Shown here one piece after another: positions 12,329-24,779 of a DNA stretch of 64,000 nt. Location of the stretch: NCBI GenBank assembly GCA_030390025.1, contig CM059425.1, forward strand, positions 168,270,001-168,334,000, given 5' to 3'. The translations under genes and the position numbers were made by a program. The first letter of the stretch is position 1, and each line of letters begins with the position of its first letter. Source of the stretch: Squalus acanthias (taxonomy: Eukaryota). Under the pieces are notes generated by a model, which worked only from the letters and a program-made list of their open reading frames with translations, was not told where the DNA came from and did not search any database.

Positions 12329-13884
12329 TTAACATTATGCACATGATCATATTTCATTGGCTGCTGACATCAGGTCAACATGAGTGAGTGTTGTATGCCA
12401 TGTGGCTGTGTGATATTTAATTCTGTCATCAGTTAGCTAGGAAGTCCTCATCTCTCCATCTCCGATCGCCAGGTATGCCGACACTCGGCATATCTCCAGA
12501 GCATCCTCCTCTGCAGCTGTCAGTGTGGCGATGACTGGAGGGCCAGCTCTGGTTCTCTGCCTCACCCGGGAGTTCTGTGCTCTCTTCTCCTGCAAGGAGG
12601 GAAAACAAGAGACCTTTGAGTGAGAGTCATGGAATGAGTGGAAGGGATGGATGGACAACATTTGTTGAGGGTGGCTATGAAGGAGAGGCGTGACATTGTA
12701 TTAAGATGAGGGCGAGTGTCAGTGGTGGATGGTCATATGGGGATGTGAGGAAGTGCATAGACAGAGAGGGATGGGTGTACCTGCCAGGTATGTTGGTGTG
12801 AGGAGTGATGTGCAGGAGCAGGCTTGGGAAGGTAGAGTGAGGGGGTTGGGGTGACATGCCCATCAGGATGTAGTTGAATGTGCCATTGTACTCACCTTTC
12901 CTGCCCTCATTAGGTCATTAAAGCGCTTCCTGCACTGTATCCAGGAGCATGGCACCTCACTCCTGCTGCTGACCTCCTCAGTGATCTCCAGCCATCGATT
13001 CTTGGTCTCTGAGGCTGGCTTCTTCCTCCCGTCAGCAGGGAATAATATCTGCCCGTGGGCCCTTACACCTCGCAGCATCAGATGTAGGGACACATCAGTG
13101 AAGCGAGGTGCAGCCTTTGTACGCTGAGACTCCATTCTATACAGCTTGCTATGTTTCTCCCACCTCCACAATCCTTCAACTGTCATCTTTAAATACCTCA
13201 GCTGAAATAGACTCATGCGTGTCGTCATCACGCCCGCTCACACTAATCGGTCGGGAAACCCGGAAGTCAGATGCAAATGCAGTGGCTGGGTTAAAAAGCC
13301 ACTGACAGACACACTGCAGCTACTTCCGTGTCAGCAGGTAAATATTCCGGCCATTATCTGCTGACTGAGAAGCAAGAGTACAACCACCCTGAGCCAAGGT
13401 GATACTAGCACTAAGCATTATTTTTAATGACTTGTCATCTGATAAGTTTTGGAAGCCAACAGAATAATTTCAAAGCATTTTCAACTCTCTATTTTATGCA
13501 ATTTAAAAATCAGCAAGGATTTTATTGCCTCCATAAATTTATGCCACCCATTATAGTAAGGCTTCTGCAGAGTTTTCACATTCAGGGGGCAATAAGTGTG
13601 GAGTAGTCACTGATTGCGTAAATATTAAGGAATGGGGCACCTATAAGACTAGGGGGGATAAATTGGGCCATGCAGCACCTGCTTTTTAGGTGCTACACAG
13701 TCAAATAAGACTCAGAAATGGGGTCTGAGATGTCCAATGGGAAGTGCGCAGGATCCATCTTGGTAAAATGGGTTTGCGCGTGCGTGCCACTCAGCATGCA
13801 GAGCAGTGAAATGATGACATGTGACGCCAGCACTGCCAGTTTGGAATGCTGGTCTTGTAGTTCATTGTAGTCATATAAAATAAT

Positions 13885-14623
13885 GGCCCAGAAATTGATC
13901 TCGCTCTGTTCCCGCGGGGGTAAGCCTTCCCCGCGATGTCTCAAATCGCTTATGCTTTTTCTGATCCAGCTCGCAATTGATGTTCCAGACATCAGCTGTG
14001 CTGGGCTTGCGTATCCCAGCGGCGTAGTTAATTCGTGCGAGCTGTGGGATCACGTGACTCAGTTAGAGCCAATGGCAGCACACCATCTTCCATTCATAAG
14101 TCTCACAGCATGGCTGTGAGACTTATGAATCTTACACCCCCCCAAAATAACAGCTAAACCTCAATTAAATTTTAAAAAAAAACCATCACATTAATAAAAT
14201 AAGTATAGTTAATTAAATTAACCATTTTAAATAAAAAATTAAATTTTTGAAAAAATTTAAAATCTTTTAAAAAGTTATAAAAATAAACTTACCTGTCTTT
14301 AAAGTCTATAAAAAAGATATACCTGTAAAAAAAAATTCAAAAAAATACTTAATTCACTACTTACCTTCTTAAAAGCGGGTCTTACTCCTCCTTTTTACAT
14401 TTCCAAAATCTTCCCTACTTACCTGCGCGTCCACAGCATGAAGTGCACAGCGTGCGCGCAGCCTGTAGCGCGCACGCGATGCAGCCAGGCCCCGCCCCCT
14501 TTTCGGAAGAGCAATTGCCGGTTTTCAGCGCATGCGCAGGGCATGCAGAAAACCGGCAATTGGAGTGGGAATACGCGAGAGTACACAGTGCGTACTCTCG
14601 CGTCCCGGGATCAATTTTCGGCC
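13885..14623 (-). mobile_element. Harbinger-type MITE, reverse copy of the 4113 family
   Basis: TIRs GGCCCAGAAATTGATC / GATCAATTTTCGGCCC, flanks AAT/ATT, and the same AT-rich core and hairpins as the 4113 copy. Confidence 0.82.
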
Positions 14624-15934
14624 CATTGTGCTGGAAAAAGTTGCTTCCAGACATGGGAGGGCTTCCTCTGAAAATGAACATGACTGGAAGAATGAAGAGA
14701 GGCCATGCAGAGCAGGACCTGCTGGAAGAGGGAGGAGGAGGAGGGGGAGAAGGGCCGGAGGCCTTATCTGCTGAGGGGTTTTAGGGAGCAATTCTCTTAC
14801 CTCAACTTCAGTGATGACCAATGCATGAGAAGTCTTTGCTTCACAAAAGAAGTTGTGACTGAAATCTGCCAACTGCTACAGCCACAACTGCAACCTCAAA
14901 GTAGGGCGAGGACAACATTGCCTATGGCTGTCAAGCTGACCATGGCTCTTAATTTTTTTGCATCTGGCTCCTTTCAGCCTGCTGCTGGAGATATATAAGC
15001 AACATCTCGCAGTTTGCAGTGCACTGCTGTATAAGGGAGGTCACTGAGGCTCCTGTATTTGACCCAGCATGGCAAGTGAAAGGCTGGCTACTTAGCAACA
15101 AGGGTTATGCACTCATGACATGGCTCATGGCTTCGGTCAGGAACCCACCCATGCGTGCACAGCAGACTTGCAATGAGAGCCATGCTGCCACAAGGAACAT
15201 TATAGAAACACCATTGGCATCCTCAAGCAATGTTTCCGCTGCCTGGATCGCTCTGGAGGAGCCCTGCAGTACTCAGCTGAGCGGGTATCAAGATTTGTGG
15301 TAGAATTCTGCATGCTGCACAATCTTGCTGTTATGAGGGAACTGCCCTTGCCATCACCTACCAGGTGAGAAGCTGAGGAGCACGAGGAAGAGGAGGAGGA
15401 GGAAGTGGAGGTGGAGGAGGAGGAAGTGCAACAGGAAGTAGAGGAACAGGAAGAGGAAGGGAGGCTACAACGCAGACAGCCCCTTTTTCTACTCGGGCTC
15501 TACGTGATCAGATTATTTATGAACGATACCAGTAATCTCAACTACACCTCCCATTCACCAACAGTCCAACACTCCTTACCTTTCCTGTATCTCTGACCAT
15601 CACATCATCCTCTTTCTGACAACATAAAAATAAAAACCACCAGAAAATGCTTAGCGATGCCTCTTCCCATGATGGCCAGCAATATCTCCTTTATGGGGGT
15701 TAAAACATGCAGGCGCGCTTGTCCTCCTCCAGTTCTTTCCTGCTACCTCTGTAATGCGCCACCTTCTCCTGCAAGAAAGATGGAAGTATGTCAGTGAGTG
15801 TCCTGTAATATGTTTGGGTGATGTGGCTGTCATGGTAGAATAGCTGCCACTGTATGCAAGCTGTGAGTTGTGGGTACAAGGCTTGCCTGTGTGTGAGGGT
15901 AAGGTAAACCATATCAATTGAAGGGTTGAGTACT

Positions 15935-16598
15935 AAGAACATAAGAACATAAGAACATAAGAAATAGGAGCAGGAGTAGGCCAATTGGCCCCTCGAGCCT
16001 GCTCCGCCATTCAATAAGATCATGGCTGATCTGATCCCAACCACCAATCTACTATCACAGAAACATCTCCTGAACCTAACAGAATTGGACACACGAAATA
16101 GGAGCAGGATCAGGCTACACGGCCCCTGGGCCCGCTACGCTACCCACAGGGCCATGACCGATCCGAACCTAGACTCATGTCCAAATTCCTGCCCGCTCCC
16201 CGTAACCCTTAATTCCCTTTACTTCTAGGAAACTGTCTATTTCTGTTTTAAATTTATGTAATGATGTAGCTTCTACAGCTTTTTGGGGCAGCATATTCCA
16301 TGGACCTACCACCCTCTGAGTGAAATAGTTCCTTCTCATCTCAGTTTTGAAAGAGCAGCCCCTTATTCTAAGACTATGCCCCCTAGTTCTAGCTTCACCC
16401 ATCATCGGGAACATCCTCCCCGCATCCACCCGATCCAACCGCTTCACAATCTTATATGTTTCAATAAGATCGCCTCTCATTCTTCTGAACTCCAATGAGT
16501 AGAGTCCCAATCTACCCAACCTCTCCTCATATGTCCATCCCCTCATCCCCGGGATTAACCGAGTGAACCTTCTTTGTACTGACTCGAGAGCAAGTATG
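15935..16598 (-). mobile_element. CR1 3' end fragments (two stacked)
   Basis: ORF 16546-16175 reads YEERLGRLGLYSLEFRRMRGDLIE..FTQRVV. An (AAGAACAT)n tail lies at 15935-15962. Confidence 0.85.
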
Positions 16599-17152
16599 AT
16601 TGATAGATTGCTGGTAGGTGGATGATGGGGGTGTAATGAATTGAGCAGTGGGTGAGGTTAGTGGTGCAGTTGGTAGGATATGCCATCTGTAAATCGAACT
16701 CACTCACCTTGACAAATCGTGTCAGATAGTTAAACTTCTTCCTGCACTGCATCCATGTTCTTGGAGCTACACTCCTGACATTGACCTCTGCTGCTACTTT
16801 TTCCCCACTGCCTCCTGAGCATATGTCTGGAGGGACTCCTGCCCCCCCCCCCCAACCCCCGCGAATACAGGATATATCTCCTTCTCTCCATGTCATGCAC
16901 CAAGACCGCCAGTGCATTATTGGAAAACCTTGGTGCATGCTCTCTCACATGTTCAGCCATTCTTCAATCATTCATAGCACAGATTCAGTTCACAAAGGAC
17001 TCACACCACTTTTTCCAGCCACAATGCACCTCCCCTTTAAGATGTGCAGGCTGCCTTTAAGTAGCGCTAGCCAACTGGGATATAAGGCCCCTTGCTGATG
17101 CATGCAACCAATGAACAGCTTGGGCAGTGCTGGCTGCACTCAGCAATCATGT

Positions 17153-18210
17153 CGCCTCCAGTCCAGATCCAAGGTCGTCCCATCCTCTGTCATCGAATTA
17201 CAGTATGCAGACGACGCTTGCGTCTGTGCTCACTCAGAGGTCGAACTCCAAACCATCGTCAACACCTTCACCGAAGCGTACGAGAGCATGGGCCTTACAC
17301 TAAACATCCGTAAGACAAAGGTCCTCTACCAACCTGCCCCCACCACACAGTACTGCCCCCTGATTATCAAAATCCACGACAAGGCCTTGGACAACGTGGA
17401 CCATTTTCCATACCTCGGGAGCCTACTGTCAACAAGGGCAGACGTCGATGATGAAGTCCAACACCGCCTTGAGTGTGCCAATGCAGCCTTCGGTCGCCTG
17501 ACGAAGAGAGTGTTTGAAGACCAGGACCTCAAACCCGGCTCTAAGCTCATGGTCTACAGAGCATCAGTGATACCCGCCCTGCTGTATGCCTCAGAGACAT
17601 GGACCATGTACAGCAGGCACCTCAAAGCACTGGAGAGGTACCACCAACGCTGCCTCCGCAAGATCCTGCAAATCCATTGGCAGGATAGGCGCACCAACGT
17701 CAGTGTTCTTGCTCAGGCCAACATCCCCAGCATCGAAGCTTTGACCACGCTCGATCAGCTCCGATGGACGGGCCACATTGTCCGCATGCCCGATACGAGA
17801 CTCCCAAAATAAGCACTCTACTCGGAGCTCCTGCACGGCAAGAGAGCCCCAGGTGGGCAGAGGAAACGCTTCAAGGACACCCTCAAAGCCTCCTTGAAAA
17901 AGTGTAACATCCCCATCGACACCTGGGAATCCCTGGCCCAAGACCGCACAAAGTGGAGGAGAAGCATCCGGGAAGGCGCCGAACACCTTGAGTCTCTTCG
18001 CCGGGAGCAAGCGGAAGCCAAGCGCAGGCAGCGCAAGGAGCGCACATCAACCCAAGCACCCCCACTCACCCGCCTCTTCAACCACCGTCTGCCCCACCTG
18101 TGACAGAGACTGTAGGTCCCGCATTGGACTCATCAGTCACCTGAGAACTCATTTTTAATGTGGAAGCAAGTCATCCTCGGTTCCGAGGGACTGCCTAAGA
18201 AGAAGAAGAA
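17153..18210 (+). mobile_element. RTE (BovB-like) LINE, 5'-truncated
   Basis: LQYADD, GLTLNIRKTKV, FPYLGS, LLYASETW, QLRWTGHIVRM, GGQRKRFKD, C-terminal C/H knuckle remnant and an (AGA)n tail. One stop at 17810-17812. Confidence 0.9.
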
Positions 18211-20185
18211 AGCAGCAGACAGCACCAATTTAATGTTCTGCCTGCAACGCAATGAATGGGCGCAGGTTAATCACGTACGGCGATCCCCATGCCCGTTTTT
18301 GGGGGTTAGCTAATTTCTCCCCTATGATTTTTAATAAGAAATCATTGCTCATTTCAGCAAGTTGGAGATTCACGCAACATTCCCACAACTTTCACTGTAG
18401 AACACTGAAGTGTTGGCCTAGAATATGAGCTCCAGTCCTGGAGTGGGGCTTTAACCCACAATCATAGAATGATTACAGCATGGAAGAAGGCCATTCGGCC
18501 CGTCGAGCCCGTGCTGGCTCTCTGCAAGAGCAGCTCAGCTAGTCCCACTCCCCCGCCCTTTCCCCGTAGCACTGCAATTTTTTTTCCTTCAGGTACTTAT
18601 CGAATTCCCTTTTGAAAGCCATGATTGAGTCTGCCTCAGGCAGTACATTCCAGATCCGAGCCACTCGCTGCGTAAAAAAGTTTTTCCTCATGTCGCCTTT
18701 GGTTCTTCTGATTCAGAGGCAAGAGTGCTACCACTGAATAATCTGATGCCATCATAAAACTGAGTTTAACTGAAGGCCTAAAATTAAAGCAGAAAGTGCT
18801 GGAAATTTACAACAGATCTGTCAGAACTGAAATGAGATGACAGAATAAGAAGGTTAATATTACAGGTGACGACCTTCATCAAAACTTATCATTACTGATC
18901 ACAATTATTCTTCATAAGGATCAGTTTAAGAAATCCTAATTGAATGGTCAGATGGATGGCATGTTCGTCACTAGACTATCAGATATCACACAGATATTTT
19001 CTCACCGTAAGGCTGCATATTCCTCCCCACCACCACCATTGAACAATCAGGGTCTGTACATACACTTACCTACAATGAAATCCCATGTCTTCCTTTCCTC
19101 ACCAGACTACAAAGGATTGGACAATACTCACCCTTGCCCTCTCTCTAACAGGGATTAGTTTTACATGTCACCACCATAAGTGCATGCCACTCTTCACATT
19201 ATAATACCAGACCTAAGAATTTGCAACAAAAAAAATTCTAATTCTAAATCAGTAGTACCTCATCAATGACACCAAGAAGCAGAGAAACTTTTTTTTTGTT
19301 AAAGTAGTAGCCACAAAGAGCAGCTGCTTGGCTGACAATTGGCATCAAAGCAGACCAATGCACAGCTAGGTACATAAAATGGTAGTGTGCATAGGCAGAG
19401 AAATTTGTTCACCTGTACTTAAGCACCATTGGTTTTTTAAAGAAACTTGCACATCTGAACATGAAATGCTCAATTGGTTATATTGGGTTATTTATCCAAT
19501 TTAACAAAAATGAGGTGAATTCACATAGTGCTTGTGCACATGCAGTACTTGTTTAAGTCTCTTTCAAATATAAATTTCTTCAGCAGTTCTTGTGCAACAG
19601 CCAAAATAGATCAGGGGTAAAAGTGCCATGAAGTGCTTTGGTTGACAATAAAAGGATGGGAGTGTTGAAGTAATTTTTCTCAGTGCATGAGAGTGGAGCT
19701 TGTTTAGTGAGAAGAGGTGAAATTCCTCATTGTTGTTAATTTTAGTGAAAAGGTTAGAGTAAGTAGAAAGCAGGATTTCCTGTTGTGTCGTAACATCAAC
19801 GGTGCCATTAAAGTTATTGAAAGGATTAATTTCACCCCAAGGATTTTACAGTAGTCCAGCTCATAGACCAAGGTCTGAGATAAATTCAAGCCAGTTCAGA
19901 GTTCTGGCAAGGTTCAGTGTTTTGGTAGGTTTGAGATGTTTATTGTTCCAATGAGACGTCAATGTGGCAAATTTGGCATATGTATTTGAGATTAATTTGT
20001 TACATTAAAAGGGACATTAGAGTTTAGAACTCAGTCTCACATTCATCCCTATGTGATACATCACCTGTATAATCAATTTTTTTTTCTGGTGTAAGAAATT
20101 ACTTTACTGGGATGCGAGAATATCAACTTTTCCTACAAAATATATAACTGAACCAAGATTTTTTGTATTACTTATTAGTACCTAC

Positions 20186-20224
20186 CTCAGGTCTGTGCTC
20201 TAGAGCATCATAAACGTTGTCTGC
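20186..20224 (-). other. Candidate 39-nt host micro-exon (ADNVYDALEHRPE, phase 0-0)
   Basis: The minus strand reads ATTTTCAG|GCAGAC...CCTGAG|GTAGGT. Only one frame is open, and it lies in a non-repetitive AT-rich island. The product is not recognised. Confidence 0.3.
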
Positions 20225-20426
20225 CTGAAAATGTTGGCGTATCTGACATATAAATAAATAGAGGCAGGCCTTTCGACTCCATCAACGACACATGAGGGGC
20301 AAGTGACTGATTTACTTTCCAATAACAGACATCAAAGTGTTTGTCTGCAGCTTCAGCAAATTGCCTGAAGCTTTTTTTTATATAAAGCAGAGTGAAAGAT
20401 AGCTTTTATATGTTTTCATGAGCTAC

Positions 20427-23426
20427 TTTTTTTTTATTCGTTTATGGGATGTGGGCGTCGCTGGCAAGGCCAGCATTTATTGCCCATCCCTAGTTGTCCC
20501 TGAGAAGGTGGTGGTGAGCTACCTTCTTGAACCGCTGCAGTCCGTGTGGTGAAGGTACTCCCACAGTGCTGTTAGGGAGGGAGTTCCAGGATTTTGACCC
20601 AGCGACGAGGAAGGATCGGCGATATACTTCTAAGTCAGGATGGTGTGTGACTTGGAGGGGAACTTGGAGGTGGTGGTGTTCCCATGCGCCTGCTGCCCTT
20701 GTCCTTCTAGGTCGAAGAGGGCGCGGGTTTGGGAGGTGCTGCCGAAGAGGCCTTGGCGAGTTGCTGCAGTGCATCTTGTAGATGGTACACACTGCAGCCA
20801 CGGTACGCCGGTGGTGGAGGGAGTGAATGTTTTTTATCGTGGTAGATGGGGTGCCAATCAAGCGGGCTGCTTTGTCCTGTATGGTGTCGAGCTTCTTGAG
20901 TGTTGTTGGAGCTGCACTCATCCAGGCAAGTGGAGAGTATTCCATCACACTCCTGACTTGTGCCTTGTAGATGGTGGAAAGGCTTTGGGGAGTCAGGAGG
21001 TGAGACACTCGCCGCAGAATACCTAGCCTCCGACCTGCTCTTGTTGCCACAGTATTTATGTTGCTGGTCCAGTTAAGTTTCTGGTCAATGGTGACCCCCA
21101 GGATGTTGATGGTGGGGGATTCAGCGATGGTAATGCCATTGAATGTCAAGGGGCGGTGGTTAGACTCTCGCTTGTTGGAGATAGTCATTGCCTGGCACTT
21201 CTGTGGCGCAAATGTTACCTGCCACTTATCAGCCCAAACCTGAACGTCGTCCAGGTCTTGTCGCATGCAGGCATGGACTGCTTCATTATCTGAGGAGTTG
21301 TGAATGGCACTTAACACTGTGCAGTCATCAGCGAACATCCCCATTTCTGATCTTATGTTGGAGGGAAGGTCATTGATGAAGCAGCTGAAGATGGTTGGGC
21401 CTAGGACACTGCACTGAGGAAGTCCTGCAGCTGTGATGATTGACCTTCAATCAGCACAACCATCTTCCTTTGTGCTAGGTATGACTCCAGCCAGTGGAGC
21501 ATTTTCCCCCCGATTCCCATTGACTTCAGATTTACTAGGGCTCCTTCATGCCACACTCGGTCAAATGCTGCCTTGATGTCAAGGGCAGTCACTCTCACCT
21601 CACCAATTCAGCTCCTTTGTCCATGTTTGGACCAAGGCTGTAATGAGGTCGGGAGCAGAGTGGTCTTGGCAGAACCCAAACTGGGCATCAGTGAGCAGGT
21701 GCCGCTTGATAGCACCTTCCATCACTTTGCTGATGATTGAGAGTAGACTGATGGGGCGGTAATTGGCCGGATTGGATTTGTCCTGCTTTTTGTGGACAGG
21801 ACATACCTGGGCAGTTTTCCACATTGTCGGATAGATGCCAGTGTTGTAGCTGTACTGGAACAGCTTGGCTAGTTCTAGAGCATAAGTCTTCATCACGATA
21901 GCTGGGATGTTGTCAGGGCGCATAGCCTTTGTTGTATCCAGTGCGCTGAGCAGTTTGTTGATATCACGTGGAGTGAATCGAATTGGCTTAAGACTGGCTT
22001 CTGTGATGGTGGGGACCTCAGGAGGAGGCCGATATGAATCATCCACTCAGCACTTCTGGCTGAAGACGCTTCAGCCTTGTCTTTTGCACTCACGTGCTGG
22101 GCTCCACCATCATTGAGGATGGGGATATTCATGGAGCCTCCTCCTTCCGTTAGTTGTTTAATGGTTCACTACCATTCACAACTGCAGAGCTTTGATCCGA
22201 TCTGTTGATTGTGGGATCGCTGAGCCCTGTCTTTAGTATGCTGCTTCCGCTTTTTAGCATGCATGTAGTCCTGTGTTGCAGCTTCCCCAGGTTGGCACCT
22301 CATTTTTAGATACACCTGGTGCTGCTCCTGGCATGCTCTTACTACACTCCTTATTGAACCAGGTTTGGTCCCCTGGCTTGATGGTAATTGTAGAGTGAGG
22401 ATATGCCACGCCATGAGGTTACAGATTGAGGTGGAATACAATTCTGCTGCTGCCCCACAGTGCCTCATGGATGTCCAGTTTTAAGCTGCTAGCCCTGTTC
22501 TGAATCTATCCCATTTAGCATGGTGGTAGTGCCACACAACATGATGGAGGGTGTTCAGACTGGGCAGTTATGTCCTTCAGGACTCAGTCAGCTCTGGCGC
22601 TACCAAGCCACTCTTGGTAATAGACATTGATGTTCCCCACCCAGAGTACATTCTGTGCCCTTGCTACTCTGAGTGCTTCCAAGTAGTAGTACTGATTCAT
22701 CAGCTGAGGGAGGGGGTAGGTGGTAATCAGCAGGAGGTTTCCTTGCCCATGCTTGACCTGAAGCCATGAGACCTCATGGGGTCCGGAGTCAATGTTGAGG
22801 ACTCCCAGGGCCACTCCTTCCCGACTGTATATCACTGTGCCGCCACCACTGGTGGGACAGGACATACCCAGGGATGGTGATGGAGGAGTTTGGGACATTG
22901 GCTGAAAGGTATGATTCTGTGAGTATGACTATGTCAGGCTGTTGCTTGACTAGTCTGTGGGACAGCTCTCCCAATTTTGGCACAAGTCCCCAGATGTTGG
23001 TAAGGAGGACTTTGCAGGGTTGACTGGGCTGGGTGTGCAGGTGCCATGTCCGTAGCTGGTGCCGAGGTCGATGCCAGGTGGTCCGTCCGGTTTCTTATTA
23101 TTTTATTTCGTAGCGATTTTGTTACAAACTGAGTGACTTGCTGGGCCATTTCAGAGCGCAGTTCTAGAGTCACATATAGTCCAGACCAGGTAAGGACGGC
23201 AGATTTCCTTCCCTAAAGGGCATTAGTGAACCAGACGGGTTTTTACAACAATCCGATAGTTTCATGGTTACCATTACTGATACTAGCTTTTTATTCCAGA
23301 TTTATTTAATTAAGTGAATTTAAATTTCCCAGCTGCCGTGGTGGGATTTGAACTCACGTCTCCGGATCATTAGTCCAGGTCTCTGGATTACTGGTCCAGT
23401 GACATTACAACTACGCTACCATTCCC
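20427..23426 (-). mobile_element. Second copy of the tRNA-headed single-ORF LINE
   Basis: Collinear with 8218-12328: 284-aa RT C-terminal ORF at 21344-20490 and poly(A) at ~20427. The 5' end carries a full tRNA-like head. Confidence 0.9.
23340..23426 (-). promoter_or_regulatory. tRNA-derived RNA polymerase III-type promoter (A and B boxes) at the LINE 5' end
   Basis: Minus strand: TAGCGTAGTTG (A-box-like), anticodon-like hairpin CTGGA-CCAGTAA-TCCAG, a long variable arm, and GAGTTCAAATCCC (B box). Confidence 0.7.
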
Positions 23427-24779
23427 TACGGATTTAAAACATATATTACAATGAACGTCATCTCCCACCAACAGGTTCAATATAAACCCCCCTCCAATCA
23501 AAAGTTGCCTTTATGTTGCGCAAGACCCATGTGACTCCAGCTCCTGATGTGTGGGCCTCACACTGCAGCCTGCAGACCGGCAGTAATCCTAACAGGAAGA
23601 AGCATTTTTACAGGGTCTTGCTGGTCAGCAGCTTTAGCAAATATACTGTCTGCTGGCTGCATTTATACTCTAGTATAAAGACCTCATCTAAAAGTGGATT
23701 TACTGAACCAGTATGATTTTTTTCCTTTTTCCCATAAAAGACATTCTTATGGAATAATTTCTGAAGAAGATTCCTAATTTGTGCCAAATAGTGGAGCATT
23801 TCCTCATTATTGCACTGGAATGTTAACTTCTATTCCGAGATTATGTATGTGTTACAGGAGTCACAAACATTTGACCCAGAGGCTAGAGTGCTATTAACTG
23901 AACCAAACTTTGTACATAAGAATAAACATGGTGACAGTGTAAATAAACTACATAATCAAGAATGGGATCATTGGCAGCACAAAAATGACAGAAGGGTTCA
24001 TAGCAACTCTGTTCACCCTGGCGAATGTGGCATTTCCAGGCCCATCTGCAGTGGAAACCCCATGACAGGATCCCTAAGGACAATCTTAGCTTCAGCCATG
24101 GATGCTACGATTGCTGCATTTAGGCCTTGAGCGCCACAGTGGAGAGGATTATCTCTTTTTACTTCTTGAAGCTTCATTAATCTGACTGCTAATATTAGGT
24201 TTACTTTCCTGCTGATGTGGCCATGCAAAGCCAGTGCCCAGTACTAGCCATGATAGGAATTCACTCATATGATGCTGCTCTCAGGATAGCAGCACATGCA
24301 TGCCCTCGCATCATCGTCCTCAGATGCCTGTTCATGTAGCAGAAAGGGGACAGGGCCTAGATGACCTTGCAGCAGCACAATGGGTCTATCTCAGGACTTA
24401 GCTGTCATGAGATGAGGGCCACCTCAATCACAAGAGGCTCATAACACACAGCAGTCAGCCACCTCACACACTTCTACCACTCAATCGTCACCTAGGAAAA
24501 GCGCTTGGCCAGGTACAAGAGGTCGAACGCCACGCACTGACAACAAGGCAAAGCATAGCTGAAGGAAACAGTCGTCACACACACACTACGTGCTTTGATT
24601 AAAATTATAATTGCATTGCACTAAAGTTGATGCACCTGCAAACATCAGGGTGAAATTTTTGTGATCTTTGGCAGTAGCGCTATAGCACCAAAAAGATCGA
24701 GGAAAGTGCATTTCAGCGCATTATGCTGCTTATGCGCCGTTATAGCACTAAACACAAATTCCTTGGTCTTTTTGGCAGG

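Larger units (their letters stand above)
7220..13135 (-). pseudogene. Harbinger Myb/SANT-like DNA-binding gene; exons ~13135-12896, 12589-~12430, 8164-~7220
   Basis: Exon 1 is open: MESQRTKAAPRFTD...WLEITEEVSSRSEVPCSWIQCRKRFNDL..GK|GTGAGT. Exon 2 follows a polypyrimidine/CAG acceptor. Exon 3 is frameshifted. A LINE sits in intron 2. Confidence 0.75.
6870..13352. mobile_element. Harbinger transposon remnant A: transposase C-terminus (+, ~6880-6946) and Myb/SANT gene (-)
   Basis: The plus strand reads ...AARDGLIMARLS*. The minus strand holds a spliced Myb gene. The terminus AATATTCCGGCC is at 13352. Confidence 0.7.
13652..18322. mobile_element. Harbinger transposon D: transposase pseudogene (+, ~14700-15535) and Myb/SANT gene remnant (-, 16960-15660)
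   Basis: TIR-like ends GGGGATAAATT / AATTTCTCCCC. Transposase pieces KLTMALNFFASGSFQ, GWLLSNKGYAL, CMLHNLA and an acidic tail. Myb exon MAEHVREHAPRFS...WMQCRKKFN..K|GTGAGT. Confidence 0.78.

Noticed and set aside
23340..23426. Functional tRNA gene
   Set aside because: The acceptor stem is poor and the sequence is fused to retroelement sequence; it is a tRNA-derived head.
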